From NCBI GenBank assembly GCA_963771355.1, contig CAVYTA010000003.1, positions 32,529-96,528 of the forward strand: a DNA stretch of 64,000 nucleotides. Direction: 5' to 3'. The number at the start of each line of letters is the position of its first letter. Positions within the stretch are counted from its first letter, which is position 1. This DNA comes from an uncultured Candidatus Rokubacteria bacterium. GTDB lineage: Bacteria; Methylomirabilota; Methylomirabilia; Rokubacteriales; CSP1-6. The notes below the pieces were generated by a model that saw nothing but the letters and a program-made list of their open reading frames with translations, was not told the origin of the DNA and ran no database searches. The position numbers and the translations under genes are program-made. Of this stretch, positions 34,848-44,486 are shown one piece after another.

Positions 34848-35942
34848 CTAAATTCGCATGGGCATTATAACACACAGCGCTCCCTCCTCCTCAAAGCTCC
34901 TGACCACTCCCGGGCTCATTCCGTCCTTCATTTCGAGCACGATTTGCTCGCCGGTCTGGGCGGTGAGCGCGTCGAGGAGATAGCGCGAATTGAACCCGAT
35001 GGTGATGTCCTCGCCCGCGTATTCCACCTCGAGACTCTCCTCCGCCTCGCCGAAATCCGGATGGTAGGCGGCGAGCTTCAACGTCCCCGGAGAGAGCATG
35101 AGCTTCACCGGCTTGGTCCGCTCCTCCGAGAGAACCGAGACTCGACGCAGCGCGGCGCTCAGCGCGGCCTTGGCCACGGTGATCCGCCGCGGGTGCGCCT
35201 TCGGCACCACCTGCTCGTAGTTAGGGAACGTTCCTTCGATGAGGCGGGCCATGAGGAGGGTACTCGGCATCTGGAGCAGGAACTGATTGTCCGTGACCGA
35301 GACCTGCACTTCCTCACCGGAACCCACGATGCGGGCGATCTCCTGCACCGCCTTCCGCGGCACGATTCCCGAGACACCCCCGCCGCCGTTCACGAGGGGC
35401 CGCGTGGCCAGGGCGAGGCGATGGCCGTCGGTGGCCACCAGCCGGATCTCCTTCCCCTGGATGGTGAAGAGGACCCCGTTCAGCGCGTAGCGGCTCTCGT
35501 CATGCGACACCGCGAAGCTGGTCTGGGCGAGCATGTCCCGGAGCACCTTGCCGTCGAGGCTGATCCAGGACGCCGACTCCCCGACTCCCACCGCGGGGAA
35601 ATCGTCCGGCGCCAGCCCGACCAGCTTGTACGAGGCGCCCCCGCAGCGCAGGGCCACCCAGGCATTGTCCTGAACGCGGATGGCCAGTGGCGCGGCGGGC
35701 AACTCCTTCACGATCTCCATGAGCTTCCGGGCCGACATGGTGATGGATCCCGGCTTGGTCACCTTGGCCGGCACCGAGACACGGGCAGCGACCTCGAGAT
35801 CGGTCGCCGTCAACCGCACCGCCTCCGTTCCCGCTTCCACCAGCACATTGGCCAGGATCGGTAAGGTCTGCCGGGGTTCCACGATGTTGTGCACGAGCTG
35901 TAGTCCCCGGATGAAAGCGTCGCGATCCACATGCACTTCCAT
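34848..35942 (-). CDS. dnaN: DNA polymerase III beta sliding clamp
   Basis: LPILANVL, ATDLE, VATDGHRLA, RLIEGTFPNY, VIMPMRI. Confidence 0.98.
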   Translation of the reverse strand: MEVHVDRDAFIRGLQLVHNIVEPRQTLPILANVLVEAGTEAVRLTATDLEVAARVSVPAKVTKPGSITMSARKLMEIVKELPAAPLAIRVQDNAWVALRCGGASYKLVGLAPDDFPAVGVGESASWISLDGKVLRDMLAQTSFAVSHDESRYALNGVLFTIQGKEIRLVATDGHRLALATRPLVNGGGGVSGIVPRKAVQEIARIVGSGEEVQVSVTDNQFLLQMPSTLLMARLIEGTFPNYEQVVPKAHPRRITVAKAALSAALRRVSVLSEERTKPVKLMLSPGTLKLAAYHPDFGEAEESLEVEYAGEDITIGFNSRYLLDALTAQTGEQIVLEMKDGMSPGVVRSFEEEGALCVIMPMRI

Positions 35943-36106
35943 TAAGTTCTCCCTTGTTTCAGAGAAAGAAGAAAGATACTACCGTCGTCGTAGGAGACGT
36001 AGGACGTGTGGAGAACGAGCGGGACGCGAAAGCGCCGAGGGCGGCGGTGTTTGGGAGGCGCGATGCCTGTGGACGGGCGCGTGGACAGAGCGGGGGGCGC
36101 GGTGGG
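35943..36106. other. Putative oriC unwinding region (dnaA-dnaN intergenic)
   Basis: DnaA box TGTGGAGAA at 36007-36015, followed on the minus strand by a GC spacer, TAC/GAC trinucleotide repeats and an AT-rich tract; further degenerate GTGGAC boxes near 36068-36088. Confidence 0.6.
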
Positions 36107-37426
36107 TCATAGCGAGATGTTCTGTATAAGCGAGTCGATGGTCTTCTTGAATTTGGGATCTTCCTGGAGCATCAAGTGGATCTTCTCGACACCGTGGAGC
36201 ACGGTGGTATGGTCCTTGCCGCCGAAGGAACGTCCGATTTCACTGAGGGACGCGTGAGTGAGCTGGCGCGCCACGTACATCGCGACCTGGCGCGGGAACG
36301 CGATGGCCTTGGTGCGATTCTTGGCGCGTAGGTCCGAGAGCTTGATCCCGAAGAATTCCGCGACCTTCCGCTGGATGTGATCGATCGTGATGATCCGCTC
36401 GTCCTCGCCCCACAGATCGGAGAGAACTTCCTGGGCCAGCTCCACCGTCATGTCTCGCCCGCTGAGCGCGCAGAAGGCGATCATGCGGGTGAGCGACCCC
36501 TCGATCTCACGGATGTTGGCCTTGATCCGGCTGGCGATGAGATAGGCGACGTCGTCGGGGAGCTGGACGCGCTCCACCTCGGCTTTCTTCTTGAGAATGG
36601 CCACGCGCGTCTCGAAGTCGGGGGGCTGGATGTCGGCGATCAGCCCCCACTCGAAGCGGGAGCGTAGCCGCTCCTCGAGCTCGGGGATCTCCTTGGGGGC
36701 GGCGTCGGACGAGAGCACGATCTGCTTCCGCGCCTCGTAGAGGTCGTTGAACGTGTGGAAGAACTCTTCCTGCGTCCGCTCCTTGCCCGAGATGAACTGG
36801 ACGTCGTCGATGAGGAGGAGGTCGATGTTGCGGTACTTGGCGCGGAACTCCGCGGTCCGGTCGTAGCGGATGGCGTTGATGAGCTCGTTGGTGAAGCGCT
36901 CCGAGGAGAGGTACAGCACGTGGAGGTGGGGATACGCCTTGGCGACTTGATGGCCCACCGCGTGGAGCAGATGGGTCTTGCCGAGGCCCACCCCGCCATA
37001 GATGAAGAGCGGGTTATACGCTCGCGAGGGCAGATCGGCCACCGCCTGGCAGGCGGCCTGAGCGAACTGGTTGGAGTTGCCGACGACGAACGATTCGAAC
37101 GTGTAACGCGCCGAGAGCCCGGTGGCCGGCGCGGAGGCAGGATCGCTGGCGGGCTGCGGCTCGGCGAGATCCGGCGCGGGCGCTTCCCGATCCACCTCGA
37201 TGGTGACGCGAGGATTGCCGCCGAGCACCTCGCGCACGACGCCCTGGATGACGTCGGTGTGGTGCTGCGCGAGCCAGTCACGGGTGAACTTGCTCGGCGC
37301 GGCGATGCGCAGGTGGTCGCCGTTGAGCGCCGAGATACGGCAAGGCCGCACCCAGTTCTCGATGGTGGTCGCCGGAAGCTTGCGTTCGAGGACAGTCAGA
37401 AGCCGGGTCCAGAGAGAATCAAGCAT
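36107..37426 (-). CDS. dnaA: Chromosomal replication initiator DnaA
   Basis: YTFESFVVG, YNPLFIYGGVGLGKTH, IDDVQF, RLRSRFEWGL, GGKDHTTV. Confidence 0.99.
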   Translation of the reverse strand: MLDSLWTRLLTVLERKLPATTIENWVRPCRISALNGDHLRIAAPSKFTRDWLAQHHTDVIQGVVREVLGGNPRVTIEVDREAPAPDLAEPQPASDPASAPATGLSARYTFESFVVGNSNQFAQAACQAVADLPSRAYNPLFIYGGVGLGKTHLLHAVGHQVAKAYPHLHVLYLSSERFTNELINAIRYDRTAEFRAKYRNIDLLLIDDVQFISGKERTQEEFFHTFNDLYEARKQIVLSSDAAPKEIPELEERLRSRFEWGLIADIQPPDFETRVAILKKKAEVERVQLPDDVAYLIASRIKANIREIEGSLTRMIAFCALSGRDMTVELAQEVLSDLWGEDERIITIDHIQRKVAEFFGIKLSDLRAKNRTKAIAFPRQVAMYVARQLTHASLSEIGRSFGGKDHTTVLHGVEKIHLMLQEDPKFKKTIDSLIQNISL

Positions 37427-37462
37427 AGGGGAGACTCAACCCGAAACAGACAGTTGGAGGAG

Positions 37463-37494
37463 TTACGCACAGAGTTATCCACAGGGGTGGATAA
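37463..37494. promoter_or_regulatory. DnaA-box cluster upstream of dnaA
   Basis: TTACGCACA (37463-37471), perfect TTATCCACA (37475-37483) and inverted TTATCCACC (37486-37494). Confidence 0.85.
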
Positions 37495-37739
37495 CTCAGG
37501 GGGCTTTCGTGATCAAGGGGTTGGCGACACGAAACACGGCCCACCAGGTCACTTCCCATCAGTCTGGTCGCTAAGCGGCCACGAGCCCTTCCTGCCCAGG
37601 CGCTGCGCTCGGGCTCTCGGAGGAGTGCGGTGGCGAACAGTACCACACGAAGAAATCGGCCTGCAAGGGGTCCGTTGCCTTGACTTGGCCGAGGGGCTTC
37701 CGTACTCTACGGGGGTTATTCGACTGAAAGGATCTCACG

Positions 37740-37874
37740 ATGAAGAGGACGTATCAGCCCAACCGGCGTCGCCGAGCCAAGACGCACGGGTTCCGCGAGC
37801 GCATGAAGACCAAGGGCGGCCGCAAGGTCCTGAAGCGGCGGCGCGCCAAGGGGCGGAAGCGGCTCACGGTCTAG
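37740..37874 (+). CDS. rpmH: 50S ribosomal protein L34
   Basis: [44 protein letters not shown]; too short to appear in the ORF track. Confidence 0.98.
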   Translation: MKRTYQPNRRRRAKTHGFRERMKTKGGRKVLKRRRAKGRKRLTV

Positions 37875-37881
37875 CGCGACC

Positions 37882-38286
37882 GTGACGGCCCGCGGTGCGA
37901 AGCTGTTCGCGCTGCCGCGCGAGACGCGGCTTCGCGGCGCGGGGGAATTTCAGGCGGTATTCGAGCGGGGCAAGCGGGTGGAGCGGCCCGCGTTCGTCGC
38001 CCTGTGGATCCCCACCCCGGGCAGACAAAAAGTGGGGTTCACCGTGAGCCGGCAGGTCCGAGGGGCCGTCAAGCGAAACCGAGCCAGGCGGCGGCTCCGG
38101 GCAGCGTTCCGGCAGGAGCGCGCGGCTCTTCCATCAGACATATCAGTGGTCTTCGTCGGCCGACCCCTGGTCCAGAGTGTGTCGTTCGACGTGCTTGTCC
38201 AGAGCTTGGGCGACGTGTTCACCATGCTGCGGCGGCAGGGGCGCGAGCCGGGCTCGCGAGCGGGCCGACCGTCCGAGGCAACGTAA
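37882..38286 (+). CDS. rnpA: Ribonuclease P protein component
   Basis: VGFTVSRQVRGAVKRNRARRRLR (RNR motif); synteny. Confidence 0.93.
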   Translation: MTARGAKLFALPRETRLRGAGEFQAVFERGKRVERPAFVALWIPTPGRQKVGFTVSRQVRGAVKRNRARRRLRAAFRQERAALPSDISVVFVGRPLVQSVSFDVLVQSLGDVFTMLRRQGREPGSRAGRPSEAT

Positions 38287-38288
38287 TC

Positions 38289-38534
38289 TTGCTCGTCAGA
38301 ATCGCGGATGGCCTGTTGCGCGGGTATCAACTCGCGATCCGCCCGCTGCTGCCGGCGGCCTGCCGCTTCGAGCCGAGCTGCTCGCAATACGCGCGGATGG
38401 CCTTGGCCGAGCACGGGCTCATGCGCGGCATGTGGCTGACGGTGAAGCGCATCGGCCGATGTCATCCCTTTCACGCGGGGGGCTATGATCCTCCACCGCC
38501 CCGGCTGCCCAACCTCAACCGACAAGGGAAGTGA
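38289..38534 (+). CDS. yidD: Membrane protein insertion efficiency factor YidD
   Basis: YQLAIRP..ACRFEPSCSQY...RIGRCHPFHAGGYDP; TTG start at 38289 inferred. Confidence 0.9.
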   Translation: MLVRIADGLLRGYQLAIRPLLPAACRFEPSCSQYARMALAEHGLMRGMWLTVKRIGRCHPFHAGGYDPPPPRLPNLNRQGK

Positions 38535-40258
38535 TGGAGAAGCGAGTCGTCTTGGCCGCCATGCTGATGGCCGGCCTGTTGATGTTGTATCAGACGCTAT
38601 TCCTGTCGCCACCGGCAGAGACGCCGCAGCCGCAAAAGACTGAAACACCAGCAAAAACGCCAACTTCTTCAGCCCCCCCTACCCCGGGAGCTGCCCAGGC
38701 TCCCGCGTCCCCCGGCTCGACCTCGCCCGGGGCGCCCGTGCCCGCCGCTTCCGCCGCCACTCCGGCGCCCGCCGTGCCGGAGCACACCGCGTCCGTGGAG
38801 AGCCCGTTGTATCGGGCCAAGGTCATCAGTCGCGGCGGGGATCTGCAGGAGTGGGAGCTCATCTATCGCGGTCAGAAGCCGCTGGTCATGCCCGGTCTCT
38901 TGGGCCCCACCGGTCTCACCGTCGAGCGTCCGGGGGCGCCCGCCCAGATCGTGGACTTCTCCCTCTCCGGGGATCGCCTCGTGCCCACTCCGGAAAAGCC
39001 CGACGGAGAATTGCGACTGGCGGGAGAGGCCGGGTCCGGGCTTCGGATCAGCGAGACGCTGCGCTTCCGCGCCGACAACTACACCGTCGAGCGGGTGATC
39101 CGCGTCGAGAACCGGAGCGCAACGGCGCAAAGCGCAGACCTGTCGCTCGCCTGGCGGACGCCCGTGGAATGGCCCAAGGACAGAGCCGAGCAGTTCCAGG
39201 GCCAGCACCCGATCCGCATCGTGGGGCTCTTCCAGGAGGGGCTGCGGCGCGAGGATCTCGCCCACACCGCGACCCGGCTCGCCGACGGCACCTGGATCGC
39301 GCTCGAGAGCGAGTGGTATCTGTCCGCGCTCATCCCCAAGAGCCCGGGCTTCAAGCTGGTCGAGGCCAAGGTCAACGGCACCGCTCAGGTGGGCGTCCGC
39401 GTGACCTTGCCGAAGCTCGAGCCGGGCCAGGCCTGGGAAGGCACCGTGCTGAGCTACGTCGGGCCCAAGGAGTATGACCGACTCAAGGCGTTCGGGATCG
39501 GGCTCGAAAAGGCTATATATTTCGGCGGTTTCCCGCTGCCACAAAACTATGGTGGCCTGCCGATGGAGTGGGTGACGGTTCCCCTGCTCTGGCTCCTGCA
39601 CCTGTTCTACACGTACACGCACAATTACGGCGTCGCGATCATCCTGCTCACGGTGATCATGAAGGCGCTCTTCTTCCCGCTCACCGTGAAGAGCATGCGG
39701 TCGATGAAGGCGATGCAGGCCATCCAGCCGCAGGTGAACCAGCTCCGCTCGAAGTACAAGAACGATACCGCCAAGCTCCAGCAGGAGACGATGGCGCTGT
39801 ACCGCCAGCACGGCGTGAACCCGCTCGGCGGCTGCCTGCCGATGATCGTGCAGATCCCTGTGTTCTACGCGCTCTACGTGGCGCTGTCCGTCGCGGTTGA
39901 GATACAGAACGCGCCGTTCATCTGCTTCGGGCGGGCGTCCTCCTGGCTGCCATTGCTCGGCGGCAAGGAGCTCTGGATCTGTAATCTCGCCGACTACGAT
40001 CCGACGTATATCCTCCCCTTGCTGATGGGCGCGTCCATGTTCGTGCAGCAGAAGATGACGCCCGTGATGGGCGATCCGCGCCAGGCGAAGATCATGCTGC
40101 TGATGCCGGTGGTCTTCACCTTCATGTTCCTGAACCTCCCCTCGGGGCTCGTGCTCTACTGGACGCTCTCCAACGTGCTCCAGATCGCCCAGCAGCACTA
40201 CATGGACAGCGGATTCAAGGTGGCGAAGACGCCGACGCGGGCAACGAAGAAGGCGTGA
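38534..40258 (+). CDS. yidC: Membrane protein insertase YidC
   Basis: YVGPK, NYGVAIILLT, VNPLGGCLP, PSGLVLYW. Confidence 0.97.
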   Translation: MEKRVVLAAMLMAGLLMLYQTLFLSPPAETPQPQKTETPAKTPTSSAPPTPGAAQAPASPGSTSPGAPVPAASAATPAPAVPEHTASVESPLYRAKVISRGGDLQEWELIYRGQKPLVMPGLLGPTGLTVERPGAPAQIVDFSLSGDRLVPTPEKPDGELRLAGEAGSGLRISETLRFRADNYTVERVIRVENRSATAQSADLSLAWRTPVEWPKDRAEQFQGQHPIRIVGLFQEGLRREDLAHTATRLADGTWIALESEWYLSALIPKSPGFKLVEAKVNGTAQVGVRVTLPKLEPGQAWEGTVLSYVGPKEYDRLKAFGIGLEKAIYFGGFPLPQNYGGLPMEWVTVPLLWLLHLFYTYTHNYGVAIILLTVIMKALFFPLTVKSMRSMKAMQAIQPQVNQLRSKYKNDTAKLQQETMALYRQHGVNPLGGCLPMIVQIPVFYALYVALSVAVEIQNAPFICFGRASSWLPLLGGKELWICNLADYDPTYILPLLMGASMFVQQKMTPVMGDPRQAKIMLLMPVVFTFMFLNLPSGLVLYWTLSNVLQIAQQHYMDSGFKVAKTPTRATKKA

Positions 40259-40349
40259 GCCCGCCGGGCCGCGGGCTCTCCTCCCGCGCCATGCGCTCAT
40301 GCACCGTGCACCCGCGCGTCGCGAGTCCCCGCGCCGCGAGGCAAGAAGA

Positions 40350-41012
40350 ATGACCTCGCGGCGCGCTCCCGATCCGCTGGACGAGCTGACCGACGCGATC
40401 GCGGCATTCACCGGGCATGCTCTGCCGCGTGAGGCGCGTGAGCGCTTCGCCCGTTACCTCGAGCTGCTCGTGCAGTGGAATCGGACCCACGATCTCGTCG
40501 GGCTCGACAAGCCGTTCGACATCGTCCGAGTGCTCTTCATCGATTCCCTGTTTTTTCTCCCGTTGCTACCGGAGCGTCCGATTCGACTGGTGGACATCGG
40601 CGCGGGCGCTGGCATCCCTGGCGTGCCGCTGCACTTGGTCGACCCCGCGATCGAGCTCACGCTCATGGAGTCGCGGAGAAAGCGCGTGTCCTTTCTCTCG
40701 GCTCTGAAGCGGGAGCTCGGTCTCGCGCAAATCGGCCTTCTGGAAGGCCGAGCCGAGGACATCGCCTTAGAAGCGCCTGAAACTAAAGATCGATTCGACG
40801 TAGCCGTCACGCGGGCAGTGTCCCCGACCCCGAAGTTCCTTACGGCGTGTCTGAAGTACGTCACCCTTGGCGGGCGCGTGATTGTCGCTGGCCCGCCACC
40901 CGGACCTGACTTGCCGTCGCTCCCCGTCGGGTTCGATGCCGATTGGGTGACCGTGCCCTACCCAGGGGGCAAGCGGCGCCGGCTATTTCTCATCGTCAAG
41001 CGCCAAGCTTGA
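40350..41012 (+). CDS. rsmG: 16S rRNA m7G527 methyltransferase
   Basis: WN..L, DSL, DIGAGAGIPG, ESRRKR..FL, RAE, TRAV; upstream of parA. Confidence 0.85.
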   Translation: MTSRRAPDPLDELTDAIAAFTGHALPREARERFARYLELLVQWNRTHDLVGLDKPFDIVRVLFIDSLFFLPLLPERPIRLVDIGAGAGIPGVPLHLVDPAIELTLMESRRKRVSFLSALKRELGLAQIGLLEGRAEDIALEAPETKDRFDVAVTRAVSPTPKFLTACLKYVTLGGRVIVAGPPPGPDLPSLPVGFDADWVTVPYPGGKRRRLFLIVKRQA

Positions 41013-41035
41013 TTCTGCGACGCAGGTTCCTGTAT

Positions 41036-41076
41036 TGTTCCACGTGGAACGTAGTGCAGGTGTTTCACGTGGAACA
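41036..41076. promoter_or_regulatory. Two tandem parS centromere-like sites
   Basis: TGTTCCACGTGGAACG (41036-41051) and TGTTTCACGTGGAACA (41061-41076) match the parS consensus TGTTNCACGTGAAACA, just upstream of parA. Confidence 0.92.
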
Positions 41077-41087
41077 TGGGAGTGGAC

Positions 41088-41849
41088 GTGGCACGAGTCA
41101 TTGCAGTCGTAAATCAGAAGGGCGGCGTGGGCAAGACCACCACCGCAGTGAACCTGTCGGCGGGCCTAGCTCTCGCCGAGCGCCGGACGGTATTGATCGA
41201 CCTCGACCCCCAGGGGAATGCCACCACCGGGCTGGGGGTGAGCAAGGTTGATCAGAAGGCCACCATCTACAACGTCCTTCTCGACGGACTCCCCCTGGAA
41301 GAGGCCACCGTGCCGACCGAGCTCCCGGCCTTGACCCTGGTTCCATCGGAGATGGACCTTGTCGGAGCCGAAATCGAGCTCGTCGGGACCACGGACCGCG
41401 AGCGGCATCTCAAGTCGGCCATCGATCCCGCCCGCGACCGCTATGACTTCATCCTGATCGATTGCCCCCCCTCACTCGGACTTCTCACACTGAACGCGCT
41501 GACCGCGGCGGACTCGGTGCTGATCCCACTCCAGTGTGAGTACTACGCCATGGAGGGGTTGGCGCAGCTGATCCGGACCGTCAACATGGTGAAGGAGCGC
41601 CTGAATCCCGGGCTGGCGGTCGAGGGAATCTTGTTCACGATGTTCGACGGGCGCACCAGCCTGGCCGCCCAGGTCAAGACCGAGGTTCACCAGCATCTGG
41701 GGGGCCAGACCTTTACAACCGTGATCCCGCGGAATGTTCGGCTGACTGAGGCGCCGAGCCATGGTCGCCCTGTATTCCTCTACGACTTGAAGTCCTCGGG
41801 CGCCATCGCGTACCTGGAGCTCACCAAGGAGGTTCTTGCTCATGGCTAG
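41088..41849 (+). CDS. parA: Chromosome partitioning ATPase ParA/Soj
   Basis: NQKGGVGKTTT, DLDPQGNAT, IDCPPSLG, QCEYYAMEG, PRNVRLTEAPS; GTG start after GGAG. Confidence 0.97.
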   Translation: MARVIAVVNQKGGVGKTTTAVNLSAGLALAERRTVLIDLDPQGNATTGLGVSKVDQKATIYNVLLDGLPLEEATVPTELPALTLVPSEMDLVGAEIELVGTTDRERHLKSAIDPARDRYDFILIDCPPSLGLLTLNALTAADSVLIPLQCEYYAMEGLAQLIRTVNMVKERLNPGLAVEGILFTMFDGRTSLAAQVKTEVHQHLGGQTFTTVIPRNVRLTEAPSHGRPVFLYDLKSSGAIAYLELTKEVLAHG

Positions 41850-42699
41850 CCGTCATGGTCTAGGTCGCGGGCTCGGAGCCCTGCTCCCATCGACGCCATC
41901 GTCCGGGACGGCTTCCTCGGAGGCCACTGGAATTCAGGAGATCCCGGTCCAGGACATCGCGCCCAACCCGAGACAACCCAGAAAAGACTTTGATATCAAT
42001 GCTTTAAACGACCTTGCCGGGTCGCTGAAGAAGTCCGGCGTCATCCAGCCCGTGGTGGTGCGCAAGGTGGGATCCGGCTATCAGCTCATCGTCGGGGAGC
42101 GGCGCTGGCGGGCGGCCAAGCTCGCCGGGCTCGAGCGCATTCCGGCCGTGGTGCGGGATGTGTCGGACGTGGAGAGCCTCGAGCTCGCCCTCGTCGAGAA
42201 CCTCATGCGTGAGGACCTGAATCCGATCGAGGAGGCCGAGGCCTATCAGCGGTTGCTCGCCGAGTTCGGCTGGACCCAGGAAGATCTGGCCGAGCGGGTG
42301 AGCAAGGATCGGAGCACGATCTCGAACTGTCTCCGTCTCCTCAAGCTGCCCGATCTCATCCGCGCGGACCTTCGCGCCGGCCGGCTCACCATGGGCCACG
42401 CGCGGGCGCTGCTCTCGCTGACCTCCGAGCTGGAGCAGCTCCGCCTGCGGGAAGAGATTCTCGCGCACTCCTGGTCGGTGCGGGCCACCGAGGAAGGCGT
42501 GCAGAAGAAGCGTAGCCTGCAGCCGCGCCGCGCGGCCCGGCGCGTCCCCGAGCTGACGGCGCTGGAGGACTCGTTTCGCGAGACGCTCGCCACGCGGGTG
42601 CGTCTGGTCGGCAACGAGCACCGGGGGCGCATCGAGATCGCCTACACCTCGCGCGAGGACCTGGACCGCATCACCGAGATCCTGGTCTCGAAGCGCTAG
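41842..42699 (+). CDS. parB: Chromosome partitioning protein ParB/Spo0J
   Basis: GLGRGLGAL, PNPRQPR, GERRWRA, ENLMREDLNPIEEA, HTH. Confidence 0.97.
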   Translation: MASRHGLGRGLGALLPSTPSSGTASSEATGIQEIPVQDIAPNPRQPRKDFDINALNDLAGSLKKSGVIQPVVVRKVGSGYQLIVGERRWRAAKLAGLERIPAVVRDVSDVESLELALVENLMREDLNPIEEAEAYQRLLAEFGWTQEDLAERVSKDRSTISNCLRLLKLPDLIRADLRAGRLTMGHARALLSLTSELEQLRLREEILAHSWSVRATEEGVQKKRSLQPRRAARRVPELTALEDSFRETLATRVRLVGNEHRGRIEIAYTSREDLDRITEILVSKR

Positions 42700-42716
42700 C
42701 GGGAACGACGCGGGCG

Positions 42717-43832
42717 ATGACCGAGCGGCTGATCGTGGGCATGAGCGGAGGCGTCGACTCGTCCGTCGCCGCCGCGCTCCTCGTCGAGCAGGGCTATGAC
42801 GTCGTCGGCGTGACCCTGCGCGTCTGGCCCTGGCGCGCCCCGGAGGAGGAGACCAAGCGCTTCGGCTCCTGCTGCTCGCCGGAGACGGTGGCCGGGGCGC
42901 GGGACGTCGCGCGGCAGCTCGGCATTCCCTACTACGTTCTCAATAGCGAGCGCGAGTTCGACGCGGCGGTCATCGAGGAGTTCACGCGCGAGTACGCGGC
43001 GGGCCGCACGCCCGTGCCCTGCGTGGCGTGCAATCGCAAGGTCAAGTTCGGCTCGCTCCTCGCCCGCGCGCGGGCATGGGACGCGGTGGCGGTGGCGACC
43101 GGCCACTACGCGCGCATCACCCGCGACGAGGCGACGGGACGCCATCTGCTCTGGCGCGGGCGCGATGCGCGCAAGGATCAGTCCGACTTTCTCTGGCCGC
43201 TGACCCAGGAGCAGCTGGCCGCCGCCCGCTTTCCCGTCGGCGCGCTCGTGAAGGACGAGGTGCGCGCGGAGGCCCGCCGGCTCGGCCTGGCCACCGCCGA
43301 AACGCCCGAGAGCCAGGAGATCTGCTTCATCCCGGACGACGACTACCGGGGATTCCTCCGGCGCCGGGCTCCCGAGGTCTTCCGTCCAGGGCCCATCGTG
43401 GACGGGACGGGGAGGGAGCTCGGGCGCCATGGCGGAATTGCCGACTTCACGGTCGGCCAGCGCCGTGGTCTCGGCCTGGCGACGGGCCGGAGCCTCTACG
43501 TCACAGCCCTGGACCCCGGTCGCAACGCGGTGGTGGTGGGCCCCGCCGCGGAGCTGGAGACAGACCGGCTCTGGGCGGAGGACGTGAACCTGATCTCGGT
43601 GGCCACGCTCGAGCGTCCGCTGGAGGTCGAGGCCAAGGTTCGCCACAGCCAAGTGCCCGTCGCCGCGACGATATTTCCGCCCGTCGCGGGGCCCCGGCAA
43701 GAAAGCCGCGCCGAGGTGCGGTTCGTGGAGCCTCAGCGCGCCGTCTCGCCCGGTCAATCGGTCGTCTTCTATCAGGGCGAGCTGGTCGTCGGCGGCGGCG
43801 TCATCGCGCGCGCCAACGGGGAAGGCGCTTGA
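42717..43832 (+). CDS. mnmA: tRNA-specific 2-thiouridylase
   Basis: MSGGVDSS, TPVPCVACN, ATGHYA, KDQS, ESQEICF, TVGQRRG, PGQS. Confidence 0.96.
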   Translation: MTERLIVGMSGGVDSSVAAALLVEQGYDVVGVTLRVWPWRAPEEETKRFGSCCSPETVAGARDVARQLGIPYYVLNSEREFDAAVIEEFTREYAAGRTPVPCVACNRKVKFGSLLARARAWDAVAVATGHYARITRDEATGRHLLWRGRDARKDQSDFLWPLTQEQLAAARFPVGALVKDEVRAEARRLGLATAETPESQEICFIPDDDYRGFLRRRAPEVFRPGPIVDGTGRELGRHGGIADFTVGQRRGLGLATGRSLYVTALDPGRNAVVVGPAAELETDRLWAEDVNLISVATLERPLEVEAKVRHSQVPVAATIFPPVAGPRQESRAEVRFVEPQRAVSPGQSVVFYQGELVVGGGVIARANGEGA

Positions 43833-43910
43833 CAGTTTTCCTCGGGGCGTGATACTTCTCTTGCGTTTGTCCCTAATTTCACAACACGCTACCGCCGGAG
43901 CCTTCACCAT

Positions 43911-44486
43911 ATGCGTCGCACGTTAGGGCTGATCGCGCTCGCCGTCCTGCTGCTGTCCACGCCCGCGCTGGCCGCCGAAGGCGGCGGGCACGACAGCGGG
44001 CTCATCAACCTGGACAAGTCCCTCGCCATCCAGCTGGTGAACTTCCTCGTCCTGCTCTTCATCCTGTGGAAGCTCCTCTACAAGCCGCTGGTGGCCAAGA
44101 TGGAGGAGCGGACCCAGGCCATCAAGAAGTCCCTCGAGGAAGCTCAAGCGGCGCGGGCCGAGGCCGAGAAGCAGCGAGCCGAGCATGCGGCGCAGATCAA
44201 GGCGGCGTACGCCGAGGCGCAGGCCATTCGCGCGACCGCGCTCAAGGAGGCCGCCGACGAGCAGCGGCGCCTCATCGACGCGGCTCGAGCCGAGGCGGCG
44301 CGCCTGGTGGAGGCCGCGAAGGCGGAGACGGCGCAGGACATCGTCCGCGCCCGCCAGCAGCTCCGGTCGGAAGTGGCCGACCTCGCCGTCCAGGTCGCCG
44401 AGCGGCTCATCAAGAAGAGTCTCCGCGACGAGGATCACCACCGGATCGTGCAGGAAACTCTCGCGCGCGTTGATCGCGTCAACTAG
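43911..44486 (+). CDS. atpF: ATP synthase F0 subunit b
   Basis: QLVNFLVLLFILWKLLYKP..MEER followed by an Ala-rich coiled coil. Confidence 0.92.
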   Translation: MRRTLGLIALAVLLLSTPALAAEGGGHDSGLINLDKSLAIQLVNFLVLLFILWKLLYKPLVAKMEERTQAIKKSLEEAQAARAEAEKQRAEHAAQIKAAYAEAQAIRATALKEAADEQRRLIDAARAEAARLVEAAKAETAQDIVRARQQLRSEVADLAVQVAERLIKKSLRDEDHHRIVQETLARVDRVN

